A stretch of 64,000 nt of DNA from the NCBI GenBank assembly GCA_016933025.1, contig JAFGBT010000034.1, forward strand, positions 518-64,517, read 5' to 3'. Shown here one piece after another: positions 8,946 to 17,703 of this stretch. The stretch is from Spirochaetota bacterium (GTDB lineage: Bacteria; Spirochaetota; UBA4802; UBA5550). The translations under genes were made by a program, and so were the position numbers. The first letter of the stretch is position 1; each line of letters begins with the position of its first letter. Below the pieces are notes generated by a model. It saw only the letters and a list, made by a program, of their open reading frames with translations, was not told the origin of the DNA and did not search any database.

Positions 8946-10364
8946 ATGGCGGAGAGAATTCACCTGGTCGGCGTGTGCGGGGTCGCCATGGGGACCCTGG
9001 CGCTGATGCTTCACGAGCGCGGGTTTGCCGTATCGGGATCGGACCAGAACATGTACCCGCCGATGAGCCTTTTATTGAGGAAGAGCGGCATCGCGTTGAT
9101 GGAGGGATACGGCGCGGACAACATCGCGGGCGCCGACCTCGTGATCGTCGGGAACGCCCTCAGCAGGGGCAATCCCGAGGTAGAGCGCGTTCTCGATTCG
9201 CGGGTTCCCTACGTGTCGATGGCGCGTGCCCTGCACGATTATTTTTTACGCGATAGGGAAGTGATCGTGGTAGCCGGGACCCACGGCAAGACGACGACGA
9301 CAGCGCTCCTGGCGCGCATTCTTGACGCCGCCGGGTTATCGCCCTCGTTTTTCGCCGGCGGGGTGTCGCGGGATTACGACGCGAGTTTCAGGCTCGGGAC
9401 CGGGACGCACTTCGTGGTCGAGGGGGACGAGTACGATTCGGCCTTTTTCGAGAAGGTTCCCAAGTTTATTTTCTACCGGCCCGCGCACGCGGTCCTGACC
9501 TCGCTGGAGTTCGACCATGCAGATATATACCGCGACCTCGAAGAGATCGAGCTCTGGTTCCGGAGGCTGGTTGGCATCGTGCCCGCGAACGGCACGATCG
9601 CGTATTCCTCGGAGTACGATAACCTCCGCTCGATCGTGTCCGCGTCGCTGTCGAAGCGCCGCTCGTTCGGTGGAGGGGAAGCCGACTACCGGTACGTGTT
9701 CCGGGGCTGCGAGGAGGGCATGTCGCTCCTGGACATCGAGACGCCGGGCGGCGTCATCAGGCTCGGGACCAGTCTCATGGGCGCATACAATTACGCCAAT
9801 GTAGCGGCGGCCGCGGCCATGGCCTCAGCGCTTGGCGTTGGCGAAGAGGGGATACGCAAAGGCGTCGAGACGTTTCGGGGAGTGAAGAGGCGTCAGGAGC
9901 TTATATATGAGGGGAGAAATGTCAGGATATACGAGGATTTCGCGCATCATCCGACGGCCGTGCGCGGAACCCTCGAGGCCATGAGGGAACGGTACCCGGG
10001 CGCGCGGCTCTGGGCCGTGTACGAGCCGCGTTCCGCCACGTCGCGGCGGGACGTGTTTCAGGAGGTGCTTCCCGCGTCGTTTGTCCCTGCCGACGTGGCG
10101 CTTCTCAGGACGGCCTACGAGGGCTCGGCGATCAGGAACGGCAGGAAGCTCGACGGAGACAGGCTCTGCCGCGATATTGCGGCGCTCGGCAGAAACGCGC
10201 ATCTGTTTCCGGGCGCCGATGACATAGTAAAGCATATTTCCGAAAATCTCGACCCGGCCACGGAGAACGTGATCGTTATCATGTCCAACGGCGGGTTTGA
10301 CGGGATATACGAGAAGATTAAGGGTATGATGGATAGGCTGGTGGGGGCCGGGGTCAGGAATTGA
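8946..10364 (+). CDS. mpl: UDP-MurNAc:L-Ala-gamma-D-Glu-mDAP ligase (murein peptide ligase)
   Basis: IHLVGVCGVAMG, GSDQNMYPPMS, AGTHGKTTT, EGDEYDSAFF, LEFDHADIY, DFAHHPTA, MSNGGF. Confidence 0.92.
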   Translation: MAERIHLVGVCGVAMGTLALMLHERGFAVSGSDQNMYPPMSLLLRKSGIALMEGYGADNIAGADLVIVGNALSRGNPEVERVLDSRVPYVSMARALHDYFLRDREVIVVAGTHGKTTTTALLARILDAAGLSPSFFAGGVSRDYDASFRLGTGTHFVVEGDEYDSAFFEKVPKFIFYRPAHAVLTSLEFDHADIYRDLEEIELWFRRLVGIVPANGTIAYSSEYDNLRSIVSASLSKRRSFGGGEADYRYVFRGCEEGMSLLDIETPGGVIRLGTSLMGAYNYANVAAAAAMASALGVGEEGIRKGVETFRGVKRRQELIYEGRNVRIYEDFAHHPTAVRGTLEAMRERYPGARLWAVYEPRSATSRRDVFQEVLPASFVPADVALLRTAYEGSAIRNGRKLDGDRLCRDIAALGRNAHLFPGADDIVKHISENLDPATENVIVIMSNGGFDGIYEKIKGMMDRLVGAGVRN

Positions 10365-10366
10365 TA

Positions 10367-10470
10367 CCCTCACCCCTTAATCCCCTCTCCCACAGGGAGA
10401 GGGGATATGCAAACGATATTTTTATTTTCCCCCTTCTCCCTGTGGGAGAAGGGGGCCGGGGGGATGATGG
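10367..10470. repeat. Inverted pair of REP-like palindromes (REPIN-like dyad)
   Basis: ccctcaccccttaatcccctctcccacagggagagggga, a short spacer, then tcccccttctccctgtgggagaagggggccggggggatgatgg. Confidence 0.8.
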
Positions 10471-10486
10471 CAAAGAGGTACATCTT

Positions 10487-11788
10487 ATGAAACGAATGAT
10501 ACTGATTGCAACAACTCTTATCATGATTTCCGCGCCCCTCGCGGCGAATGACCGGTACGCGCTCCTCAATCTTCAGGGAAGCGTGAATCCGATCATGTCC
10601 CAGTACCTGTCGGATTCTATCAGGGCCGCGGCAAAGGACGGCGTAATGTTCGTCCTCATCCGGCTCGATACGCCGGGCGGCATGGTCGACTCCATGCGCG
10701 AGATCATCAAGGCGATCATGGAATCCGAGGTGCCGGTGGTGGTCTACGCCAGCCCCCGGGGGGCGCAGGCCGCGTCTGCCGGCGGCTACATCATGCTGGC
10801 GGCACACGTGGCCGTGATGGCGCCCGGCACCGAGATCGGCGCCATGCACCCGGCGAGCCCCGCGCTCGACTTCCTCAAGCGGGACGAGAAGGGCGATCCG
10901 GCAGGCGTCATGGAGAAGAAGGTGCTCAATGACATGGTCGCGTACGCCCGCAGCCTGGCGCAGAAGCGGAACCGGAATGCCGCCTGGGCCGAGAGGGCCG
11001 TGAAAGAGGCGGCCTCGAGCACCTACCTGGAAGCGCTGAAAGCGAACGTCATCGATTTCGTGGCCGAGGACACGAATGAACTTTTGAAGAAGCTGAACGG
11101 CCGCGCCGTGGCGGTCGGCGGCAGGACCGTGGTCCTCCGCACGGCCTCGGTATCCCCGGTCGAGTACCCCATGGACTGGAAGCAGAGGTTCCTCAACTTT
11201 TTCGCCGATCCGCAGGTGGCGTTCTTTCTGCTCATCATCGCCATAGTCGGAATCGGCTTCGAGATCAAGAGCCCCGGCCTCATCGCGCCCGGGGTCATCG
11301 GCGCGGTATCGCTCTTCCTTTTCTTCATGGCGCTCCGGATCCTGCCGGTCAACGCCGCGGGCATCGCACTGATCGTACTGGCGGTCGTCCTCCTGATACT
11401 CGAGCTCAAGATCACCAGCTACGGGCTTCTCACCATCGGCGGCGTCGCCTCGTTCGTCTTCGGCTCCATGATCCTGTTCGACTCGCCGCTACCGGGCGGA
11501 TCGGTCCCGATGACCACGATCATCACGATGGCCGTTCTCCTGCTCGCCTTCATCTTCATCGTGGTGCGGGCCGTCATTAGGGTGCACCGGACCCAGGTGA
11601 CCACCGGACGGGAGGGTATTGTCGGCGAAACGGGCATCGCCATCGAAGACTTTGACGGCCAGGGGAGGGGTAAGATTCGGGTACACGGCGAGATATGGGA
11701 CGCCTCCGGCGGCGATGAGCTGCGGAAGGGCGATGAGGCGGTTGTTCTTGAAATGGACGGGATGGTTTTAAAAGTGAGGAAAAAGTGA
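10487..11788 (+). CDS. nfeD: NfeD family membrane-bound ClpP-class serine protease
   Basis: LDTPGG, AASAG, MAPGTEIGAMHP, TM bundle, C-terminal OB domain TTGREGIVG...VHGEIWDA. Confidence 0.92.
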   Translation: MKRMILIATTLIMISAPLAANDRYALLNLQGSVNPIMSQYLSDSIRAAAKDGVMFVLIRLDTPGGMVDSMREIIKAIMESEVPVVVYASPRGAQAASAGGYIMLAAHVAVMAPGTEIGAMHPASPALDFLKRDEKGDPAGVMEKKVLNDMVAYARSLAQKRNRNAAWAERAVKEAASSTYLEALKANVIDFVAEDTNELLKKLNGRAVAVGGRTVVLRTASVSPVEYPMDWKQRFLNFFADPQVAFFLLIIAIVGIGFEIKSPGLIAPGVIGAVSLFLFFMALRILPVNAAGIALIVLAVVLLILELKITSYGLLTIGGVASFVFGSMILFDSPLPGGSVPMTTIITMAVLLLAFIFIVVRAVIRVHRTQVTTGREGIVGETGIAIEDFDGQGRGKIRVHGEIWDASGGDELRKGDEAVVLEMDGMVLKVRKK

Positions 11789-11873
11789 ACCTGCCCCTCG
11801 GGGCGGGTGGGCAGGCGCGGTTACGTGACCGCGTGTTCAGAATGCAAATATAAAATACAACAGGAGGTCAATC

Positions 11874-12629
11874 ATGCTCATAGGTTTAAATTTCATGATG
11901 ATAATCATCATCTTCGGCGTCATCATACTGGTGGCGTCGATCAAGATCGTGAAGGAATACGAGCGGGCCGTCGTGTTCAGGCTGGGAAGGCTCCTCAAGG
12001 CACCCAAGGGACCCGGGATCATCATCATTATCCCTGTGATCGACCGGTGGGTGCGGGTAAACCTGAGGCTGGTCGCCTTTGACGTGCCGCCGCAGGATGT
12101 CATCACCAAGGACAACGTGTCGGTGAAGGTCAACGCCGTGGTCTATTTCCGGGTTGTGGAGCCGAACAAGGCCATCACCGAGGTGGACGATTACTTCTAC
12201 GCGACCTCGCAGCTCGCGCAGACGACGCTTCGCAGCATCCTCGGCATGGTGGAGCTGGACGACCTTCTTTCCGACCGCGAGCGGATCAACATGGAGCTCC
12301 AGAAGGTGCTGGACCTTCACACCAATCCCTGGGGCATCAAGGTCGCCACCGTGGACGTCAAGAACGTCGACCTTCCCCAGGAGATGCAGCGCGCCCTGGC
12401 CAAGCAGGCGGAGGCGGAGCGTGAGCGCCGGGCCAAGGTTATAAGCGCCGAGGGCGAGTACCAGGCGGCTCAGAAGATGGTCGACGCAGCCGCGCTCATG
12501 GAGGTGCACCCGATTTCCCTGCAGCTGCGTTATCTCCAGACCCTGCGTGAGATATCGGCCGAGAAGAACTCAACGACGCTCTTCCCGATTCCGATTGATT
12601 TGATCGATATGTTTCTAAAGAAGAAATAG
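11874..12629 (+). CDS. SPFH/stomatin (slipin) family protein
   Basis: [51 protein letters not shown]. Classic partner of nfeD. Confidence 0.95.
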   Translation: MLIGLNFMMIIIIFGVIILVASIKIVKEYERAVVFRLGRLLKAPKGPGIIIIIPVIDRWVRVNLRLVAFDVPPQDVITKDNVSVKVNAVVYFRVVEPNKAITEVDDYFYATSQLAQTTLRSILGMVELDDLLSDRERINMELQKVLDLHTNPWGIKVATVDVKNVDLPQEMQRALAKQAEAERERRAKVISAEGEYQAAQKMVDAAALMEVHPISLQLRYLQTLREISAEKNSTTLFPIPIDLIDMFLKKK

Positions 12630-12682
12630 CTGCGGCATGATATGCCTCTGTTATCTTCAACCGTGCGCCATATGATATAAAG

Positions 12683-12755
12683 TCCCCCCAACCCCCCAGA
12701 GGGGGGCCTAATAGCTATTGGTCAGTGAACTCCCCCTCCGGGGGATTTAGGGGGC
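12683..12755. repeat. Second-family palindromic dyad (CCCCCC-aga-GGGGGG / CTCCCCC-tcc-GGGGGATTTAGGGGG)
   Basis: Two short G/C hairpins in inverted arrangement in the stomatin-menA intergenic region. Confidence 0.65.
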
Positions 12756-12804
12756 GGGTTCGGCATGGAGGTGAGCTCTGGATACTAAGCAGTAGGAGAA
12801 TGCA

Positions 12805-13776
12805 ATGAACAAGCGCGAGATGATTAAAATATGGATCGCCCAGGTGCGGGGCAACTTCCTTCTGCTGGCGGTCCTTCTGGTCCTCCTGGGGCTCGCCCTG
12901 GCCGGCCTGCATTTCAGGCAATCGGACGCGGGAATGTTCGGCCTTGACGTGAAGGGCTTCAGCGTCATCGACGCCCTCCTGCTCGTTGCCGGCGTGGTCA
13001 TCGCCCACGCCTCGGTGAATCTCTTCAACGAGTATTCCGACTCCAAGACGGGCATTGACGACAACACGATGAAGACGCCCTTCAGCGGCGGGACCGGCCT
13101 CATCCAGTCGGGGGCGACGACCCCCCTCGGCGTGAGCACCGCGGCCTGGACCGCCGTTTTCTGGGCATTTCTCATCGGCCTGTATTTCATGGTCATGTCC
13201 CACTGGGTCATCGGCGTCATCGTCCTCATCGGCGGCATATCAATAGTTTTTTACACAACCCATTTCGCGAAGGTCCTGATGGGCGAGTTCTTCGCCGGCC
13301 TGAGCCTGGGCTCCCTGGTGGTAATAGGCAGCTACGTCGCCATGGTCGCCAGCCCGGGAGACCCCGCGTGCGCGCTCTTTCCGGCGAACGTGGTGCTCAT
13401 TGCCATACCGCCGGGCATCCTCACGGCGCTCCTCCTTTTTCTGAACGAGTTCCCGGACAGGGAGGCCGACAGGCAGGGGGGGCGCTTCCATCTGGTGATC
13501 CTGCTCGGCAGGAGGAAATCGTCGTACCTCTACGTCGCCGGCCTGGCCATGACGTACCTCTCCATACTCATCGTGCCCCTGCTCGGCTATTCGTCATGGT
13601 GGCTCCTCCTCGGGTTTCTCACCCTCCCGGTTGCGGTGAAGGCGGGGACAACGGTCCTGGCGCACTACGACAACATGGAGAAGCTCGTGCCCGCGCTCGG
13701 GATGAACGTCATCGTGGTGCTGGCGACCGACTTCCTCCTGGCGGTCGGTGTGTTTATAGGGATGATCAGACTGTAA
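12805..13776 (+). CDS. menA: UbiA-family prenyltransferase, MenA-like
   Basis: NLFNEYSDSKTGID, TPFSGG, NEFPDREADRQGGR, multiple TM helices. Confidence 0.75.
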   Translation: MNKREMIKIWIAQVRGNFLLLAVLLVLLGLALAGLHFRQSDAGMFGLDVKGFSVIDALLLVAGVVIAHASVNLFNEYSDSKTGIDDNTMKTPFSGGTGLIQSGATTPLGVSTAAWTAVFWAFLIGLYFMVMSHWVIGVIVLIGGISIVFYTTHFAKVLMGEFFAGLSLGSLVVIGSYVAMVASPGDPACALFPANVVLIAIPPGILTALLLFLNEFPDREADRQGGRFHLVILLGRRKSSYLYVAGLAMTYLSILIVPLLGYSSWWLLLGFLTLPVAVKAGTTVLAHYDNMEKLVPALGMNVIVVLATDFLLAVGVFIGMIRL

Positions 13777-13800
13777 CGTTACGCGAATTCATGGATTCAT

Positions 13801-13842
13801 CTCCCCCCCTCTCCCCGGGGGAGAGGGGGAAGGGGGTGAGGG
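13801..13842. repeat. REP-like palindromic element
   Basis: ccccctctccc-cgg-gggagaggggg...gggggtgaggg, nearly identical to 7702-7742. Confidence 0.8.
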
Positions 13843-13858
13843 CGATACGAATCATACA

Positions 13859-14944
13859 ATGAAAAGTTTTTTTATTTGCCTTATAGTATTCCTGTGCGTT
13901 CTCTCCTGTTCGGCGCCGAAGCTGCGGACCGTGAACAGGGATTTCTCCCGGGTATACCGCGATCCGGTGGCATACCTTCACGCCGCCGCCTCGGACGGCG
14001 ACATCATCGCGGCCATGCGATGCGTCGAGGAGGGGCTCGTCGGTGTCAACGCGAGGGACCGGTACGGCTGGACCGCCTGCATGTATGCCGCCCGGAGCGG
14101 TCATGACGGCCTGATTGAATATTTCATGTCAAAGGGGGCCGATATCGACGCCGTGGACAAGGACGGCATGTCTGCCGTTATGGTCGCTCTGGACTACGGG
14201 TGCCCGCAAACGGCCTCATACCTGATGGAGATCGGCGCGGCAACCAGGGGTGCGGACAGCGGCGGGAACACGTCCCTGATGAAGGCGGCTCACCAGGGGT
14301 ATGAGGAGCTCGCATCGGCGCTTCTCGCCCGGGGGGCCGACATCAACGCTCAGAACGGCGACGCACGGACCGCGCTCATGATATCCCTGGAAAAGGGGTA
14401 TTTCGATTTATCGGGACTGCTCCTGAAAAAGGGGGCCAATCCCAATATCCCCGACCGGTTCGGGAACCTCCCGCTCCTCTGGGCCCTTCGCAACAGGTAC
14501 CTCGATCTGATGGATACGCTCCTCGCCCACGGGGCGGACCCGAACGCCCGGGACGCTGAAGGCACGCCGGCGGTCTTTATGGCGATGGAGCTCGATCTCC
14601 CCGATTACGTGGCGAGGCTGGCGCGCGGCAGGGCCAACCTGAATGTCCGCGGCCCGGACGGCAGGACCCCGCTTATACATGCAGTGCAGTCCGGCAACCT
14701 GTCCATGGTTCCCGTCCTGGTCGAAAATGGCGCGGACCCGAACCGGCGCGACCGGGAAGGGAGAACCCCGCTGATGGTCTCCGCGTATCTCGGCTATTAC
14801 GACACGGCGCTCTATCTCTCCGACCATGGCGCCGATCCCCGCATTAAAAACAGGGACGGCAGGACGGCGGCTGAGATCGCGCGTGAAAACAGGTACAATG
14901 ATATAGCGCTCATTCTCGAGAAGAGGGAGCGGGAGGTGAAGTAG
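13859..14944 (+). CDS. Ankyrin-repeat lipoprotein
   Basis: Lipobox VLSC; about 9 repeats of GxTxLxxA...LLxxGADxN. Confidence 0.9.
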   Translation: MKSFFICLIVFLCVLSCSAPKLRTVNRDFSRVYRDPVAYLHAAASDGDIIAAMRCVEEGLVGVNARDRYGWTACMYAARSGHDGLIEYFMSKGADIDAVDKDGMSAVMVALDYGCPQTASYLMEIGAATRGADSGGNTSLMKAAHQGYEELASALLARGADINAQNGDARTALMISLEKGYFDLSGLLLKKGANPNIPDRFGNLPLLWALRNRYLDLMDTLLAHGADPNARDAEGTPAVFMAMELDLPDYVARLARGRANLNVRGPDGRTPLIHAVQSGNLSMVPVLVENGADPNRRDREGRTPLMVSAYLGYYDTALYLSDHGADPRIKNRDGRTAAEIARENRYNDIALILEKREREVK

Positions 14945-14945
14945 G

Positions 14946-16187
14946 ATGAGAACGCCCTCCGCGATCATCTGTCTCGCGCTTTGCTCCGCCCTCCTTGGTG
15001 ACTGCGGGTACCTCTCCATGAGCCGGCGCGACGACGTGCGTGCGAACAGGGACCGGGACGCCTACAATTCTTCTGTCCTGATGGGGAGCGTCGCCGGCGG
15101 CACGGGCCCCTGCCTGGTGCTGGCGTACCCGGTTTCGCGGCCCGACGCCAAGCCGGATGACCATGTCGTCATGGACCGGCCCGGCCCCTTCATGCTCTAC
15201 GTGCCTGCCGGGACATACCGGATCTACGCTTTCGCCGATTACAACAGAGACGGATGGTTTGACGCGGGCGAGGTCTTCGGCCTGTATGCGGCGGGATCCG
15301 GGGAGGCGAGCGAGGTCACGGTGGCCGAGGGGGAGGTGAAGGCCGGCATAGACATATTCGCGGGACGCGAGCGGCCCGCCCCCGTCTTCCCGAAGTCCAT
15401 ACGCATACAGGACGATCCCGCGGCGGTCCCGCGGCAGCCCGCCAACGGGGAGGTCGTCAGGATCTACGACGAGCGGTTTTGCCAGGCGAACGCTGACGCG
15501 GGGTGGTGGTCGCCGTCGCTCTTCATGAGGGGATTCGGCGCGCGGATATACCTGCTTGAGGAATACGATCCCCGGAAAATACCGGTCCTGTTCGTTCACG
15601 GCGCGCAGGGGACCCCGCAGAATTGGGCCTATTTCCTCTTTCGGCTCGACAGGAAGCGGTATCAGCCCTGGTTCTACTATTATCCGTCTGGTATCCGCAT
15701 CGCGCTGGCGTCACGGCTCCTTCGCGAGGCCCTTCTGGACGTTAAAAAGAAATACGGGTTCGGCGCACTCTGTATCGTTGCGCACAGCATGGGGGGGTTG
15801 GTCACCAGGGACCTGCTGACGCGCTATGACACGCGCAGGCATTTCAACGTGCGTCTCTATGTGACCCTGGCCTCGCCCTGGAGCGGGTTCGAGTCGGCGG
15901 ATTACGCCTTCATGGTTCCGTCGAAAAAGCTTCCCGTATGGCACGATGTCGCCACCAACAGCGCGTTCATCAACGAGACGCTCCGGGCGAAGCTGCCGCA
16001 GCAGGTACGCTACTATCTTTTTTACGGAAGAAACGACAGCGTCGCGAAGGGGAGGGCCTTGGACGAGCGGGCGTACGGAGGGGCCTGGGGCATGTTCGGG
16101 TTCGACGTGGACCACGACACCATTCTCACGGACCGCCGTGTCTTCAGGAAGTTCGGCGAGGTGCTGGCAAAGGAGACGGCGCGGTAG
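14946..16187 (+). CDS. Alpha/beta hydrolase (lipase/acyltransferase-like), exported
   Basis: PVLFVHG, nucleophile elbow AHSMGG, TLASPW, late DHD histidine; N-terminal beta-sandwich with YRIYAFADYNRDG. Confidence 0.85.
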   Translation: MRTPSAIICLALCSALLGDCGYLSMSRRDDVRANRDRDAYNSSVLMGSVAGGTGPCLVLAYPVSRPDAKPDDHVVMDRPGPFMLYVPAGTYRIYAFADYNRDGWFDAGEVFGLYAAGSGEASEVTVAEGEVKAGIDIFAGRERPAPVFPKSIRIQDDPAAVPRQPANGEVVRIYDERFCQANADAGWWSPSLFMRGFGARIYLLEEYDPRKIPVLFVHGAQGTPQNWAYFLFRLDRKRYQPWFYYYPSGIRIALASRLLREALLDVKKKYGFGALCIVAHSMGGLVTRDLLTRYDTRRHFNVRLYVTLASPWSGFESADYAFMVPSKKLPVWHDVATNSAFINETLRAKLPQQVRYYLFYGRNDSVAKGRALDERAYGGAWGMFGFDVDHDTILTDRRVFRKFGEVLAKETAR

Positions 16188-16190
16188 CGG

Positions 16191-16427
16191 TCACCGCCCT
16201 CCTGCCGGTGATTTCGCGTCGGTCATGAAGGCATCGCAGAAGAATTCCCTGCATCCCTGCGGCCGGTCGGCGTACGAGGTGCAGCGGCCCTCGGGGCTCA
16301 AATGGGGGCAGGCCATCACGACCTCGCCGGAGGCGAGCGTGAGGGGGACCCGCTCGCCGGTCATGGGGAACCTGCCGCAGCACTGCATCAGCTTTTCTTC
16401 TATTGAGCAGAATTCGCAGAAAGACAT
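16191..16427 (-). CDS. YkgJ-family (CxxC...CC) cysteine-cluster protein
   Basis: CEFC...CCGRF...CPHL...CTSYADRPQGCREFFC. Confidence 0.75.
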   Translation of the reverse strand: MSFCEFCSIEEKLMQCCGRFPMTGERVPLTLASGEVVMACPHLSPEGRCTSYADRPQGCREFFCDAFMTDAKSPAGGR

Positions 16428-16480
16428 TGGATTCCTTTCGAAGGCGCAGTTGCGCAACCGAGACTTGGCGCGTGGATTCG

Positions 16481-17626
16481 TTACGCCTGCATCGGGTTCC
16501 CGGCGGAGCAGAAGCTCTTGTATCTGACCTTCGCCATGTCGTAGATTTTTTTCACCAGCTCGCCCGGGTTGTTTCGGTACGCCTCCATCCTCTCGGTGAC
16601 CATCTGCTTCACCTGGTTGATGTTGATCGAGGAGCCGCTGAACACGACCTCGATTTCGTGCTCCACCGAGCGATAGCTCTCGCCGGAATGCTCGATGCGC
16701 TGGCCTATGATGTTATTCTGCAGATTGCGGTGCTTGATTTCGATGTCGATGAGCTCGGGGGATTTCTCCCTCTCGACCGAATACACGACCAGCGACGGCA
16801 TGTACTCCTCAAAGGCCTCGTTTTCGAGGAACTCGTCGAGACTGCCGTTGAAGTTCAGCAGGACGAGGAGCGATATCAGGGACGAGCCGTAGAGCGTGAT
16901 CTTTGACTGGGGTATTATGTTGTCGAATGGGTTGAAGGCGATCGAGTTGACCGACGAGAAGGTCTTGATGCCCGCCTCGCCCCTGCCGATATAGACGACC
17001 TCGTCATCCTTGAAATTGTTCTCATGCATTCGCTTCTCGATGAGGAGGCTCTTGCGGTCGCCCGATATGAACCGGTTGACATCTCCCGCGTACACCTCCT
17101 TGTTAAGCGGGTCCATTTTTTTCTTGTAATCGGTGGCGACGAGGTTGCCGTCTTCAAGGCCGACTCTCTTGACGAACTCTATCGCTATCTCGTTGGGCAT
17201 GGCCGTCAGGACCAGGGGGTCGTATTTCTTGATGAACCGGACGAAGGTCTCGGCCCCGGGGAAGAGCCGCGATTTTTCGCCGATTACCGTGATGCATGAA
17301 GTCGGGACGTCTTTCAGCAAAAAATCGGGGAAGTAGACGGCCAGCTTGAAAAACGAGAAGGGAACGTCACCCTCGGAAGATATCCTCCGGTTGTTGTTGT
17401 CCAGTATGTTCTCTATCTTTATCCCCTCAGTGTCGAAGAAGATGTTGTCGATGAGGGTGCTGTAGTCGCCTATTTCCAGGAAGTCCCCGAGCCCGAGGAA
17501 GACCTGCCTCGGTTCCTTGATGAGGCGGGAGACTTCGTTGAGAAAGTCCCTTTTTTCAAGGCGTATGATCTCGAAGCCCTCGGCGATTCCCCGGTTTATT
17601 ATCAGTTCGTATCTATCCTCTGTCAT
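16481..17626 (-). CDS. HAD-fold-like hypothetical protein with degenerate catalytic motifs
   Basis: LFPGAETFV, LVLTAM, VVYIGRG, SIAFNP follow HAD motif order. TTGACC-N17-TATAAT at 17677-17649 supports the 17626 start. Confidence 0.6.
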   Translation of the reverse strand: MTEDRYELIINRGIAEGFEIIRLEKRDFLNEVSRLIKEPRQVFLGLGDFLEIGDYSTLIDNIFFDTEGIKIENILDNNNRRISSEGDVPFSFFKLAVYFPDFLLKDVPTSCITVIGEKSRLFPGAETFVRFIKKYDPLVLTAMPNEIAIEFVKRVGLEDGNLVATDYKKKMDPLNKEVYAGDVNRFISGDRKSLLIEKRMHENNFKDDEVVYIGRGEAGIKTFSSVNSIAFNPFDNIIPQSKITLYGSSLISLLVLLNFNGSLDEFLENEAFEEYMPSLVVYSVEREKSPELIDIEIKHRNLQNNIIGQRIEHSGESYRSVEHEIEVVFSGSSININQVKQMVTERMEAYRNNPGELVKKIYDMAKVRYKSFCSAGNPMQA

Positions 17627-17703
17627 GTCTCGCCGCTCTTGATAGTTCATTATAATGGAAAATAGTCGGTCGGTCAAGCGCCGGAGGTCAATTTATTTTT
17701 TTA

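Noticed and set aside
10361-10486. N-terminal extension of NfeD (IPSPLNPLSHRERG...)
   Set aside because: It is simply the translated REP dyad; a proper signal peptide starts at ATG 10487.
7659-13842. CRISPR array interpretation of the repeats
   Set aside because: Copies are dispersed kilobases apart without regular spacers, and there are no cas genes.
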